Shown here piece by piece: positions 62,865 to 64,000 of a stretch of DNA of 64,000 bases (position 1 is the first letter of the stretch; each line of letters begins with the position of its first letter). Under the pieces are notes generated by a model. It was not told where the DNA came from and made no database searches. It saw only the letters and a program-made list of their open reading frames with translations. The translations under genes were made by a program, and so were the position numbers. Origin of the DNA: Chiloscyllium plagiosum (taxonomy: Eukaryota); assembly GCF_004010195.1 (NCBI RefSeq), contig NC_057719.1, forward strand, positions 52,642,926-52,706,925. The letters are read 5' to 3'.

Positions 62865-64000
62865 AGCTTCCAGGAAACTACCACCCTCTATGTAAAAAAA
62901 ACTTGCTTCGCACATTTCTTTTAAACACTTTCCCTCTCACTTTAAACCTTTGTCTCTAGTACTCAACAATTTTACCCTGGGAAAAATATTCTGACATCCA
63001 TCCTATCCTTGTCTCTCATAATTTTATATACTACTATCAGGTTTCCCTCTCAGCCTTTGATTAGTAAAACTATAGTTTATAGCTAATACACTCCAATCCA
63101 GGCAGCATCCTAGTAAACCACTTTTGCATCCTCTCCAAAGCCTCCACATCCTTCCTCTAGTGGGGCAACCCAAACTGCACATAATACTCCAAATGTGGCC
63201 CAATGAAAGTTTTATAAAGTTGCAACATGATTTGCCAACTTTAATATTCAATTCCCCAACCAATGAAGGCAATCATGCTGTACGCTTTCTTTACCACCTT
63301 ATCCATTTGCACTGACACTGTCAGGGAGCTATGGACTTGGATTCCAAGATTTCTCTGTACCTCAATGCTGCTAAAGGTCCTGACATTTACTGAGTATGCT
63401 CACCTTACACTTGATGCCCCAAAATGCATCACCTTACACTTGTCTAGATTAAACTTCATCTGCCACTTCTTCACCCAACTGTCCCAACTGATCTATAGTA
63501 TGCTGTATCCTTTGACAACATACTTCACTGTCCACAAGTCCACTAATTGTTATGTGATCTGCACACTTACTAATCAGACGATCTACATTTTCATTCAAAT
63601 CATGTGTACGTATATTACAAACAATAGAGATTCTACTGATCCTCGTGGAAAGTTATTAGTCAGAAAATACCCCTTCACAACTGCCCTCTGTTTTCTATTA
63701 CCAAGCTGATGTTATTAGATTTCTCTGTACCTCAATGCTGCTAAAGGTCCTGACATTTACTGAATATGCTCACCTTACACTTGACGCCCCAAAATGCATC
63801 ACCTTACACTTGTCTAGATTAAACTTCATCTGCCACTTCTTCACCCAACTGTCCCAACTGATCTATAGTATGCTGTATCCTTTGACAACATTCTTCACTG
63901 TCCACAAGTCCACTAATTGTTATGTGATCTGCACACTTACTAATCAGACCATCTACGTTTTCATTCAAATCATGTGTACGTATATTACAAACAATGGAGA
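62865..64000 (-). mobile_element. CR1 LINE RT/C-terminal remnant containing a tandem duplication
   Basis: Antisense of W..KWQMKFNLDKCKVMHFG, LYKTFIGPHLEYYVQFGLP and LERMQKWFTRMLPG. Confidence 0.85.
63347..64000. repeat. 370-bp-period tandem duplication (second copy runs off the window)
   Basis: AGATTTCTCTGTACCTCAATG... starts at 63347 and 63717 with only a few mismatches. Confidence 0.92.

Overview
Eukaryotic, repeat-dominated, apparently intergenic or intronic DNA. The HE1/V-SINEs, HER1/CR1 LINEs and Penelope families point to a cartilaginous fish, probably a shark (inference). I can support no host exon, and every recognisable ORF is a decayed transposon fragment. Main content: (1) two related Gmr1-like Gypsy LTR retrotransposons in divergent orientation. 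The one at 42490-48826 (+) has the unusual order gag-PR-INT-RT-RH. The one at 24626-30091 (-) has a 4-bp TSD and lacks its whole integrase. Both have tRNA-Pro primer binding sites. (2) Many Penelope-like pseudo-LTR (pLTR) insertions with 12-16 bp TSDs, some palindromic, carrying minimal hammerhead ribozyme cores of about four sequence families. (3) Three Tx1-like 3' fragments that all begin at the same point next to a recurring GATTTCTAAT motif. (4) CR1 fragments, HE1 SINEs, Tigger-like MITEs, other Gypsy and Harbinger remnants, a templated-insertion duplication, and two assembly gaps. All family names come from motif recognition, not database searches.
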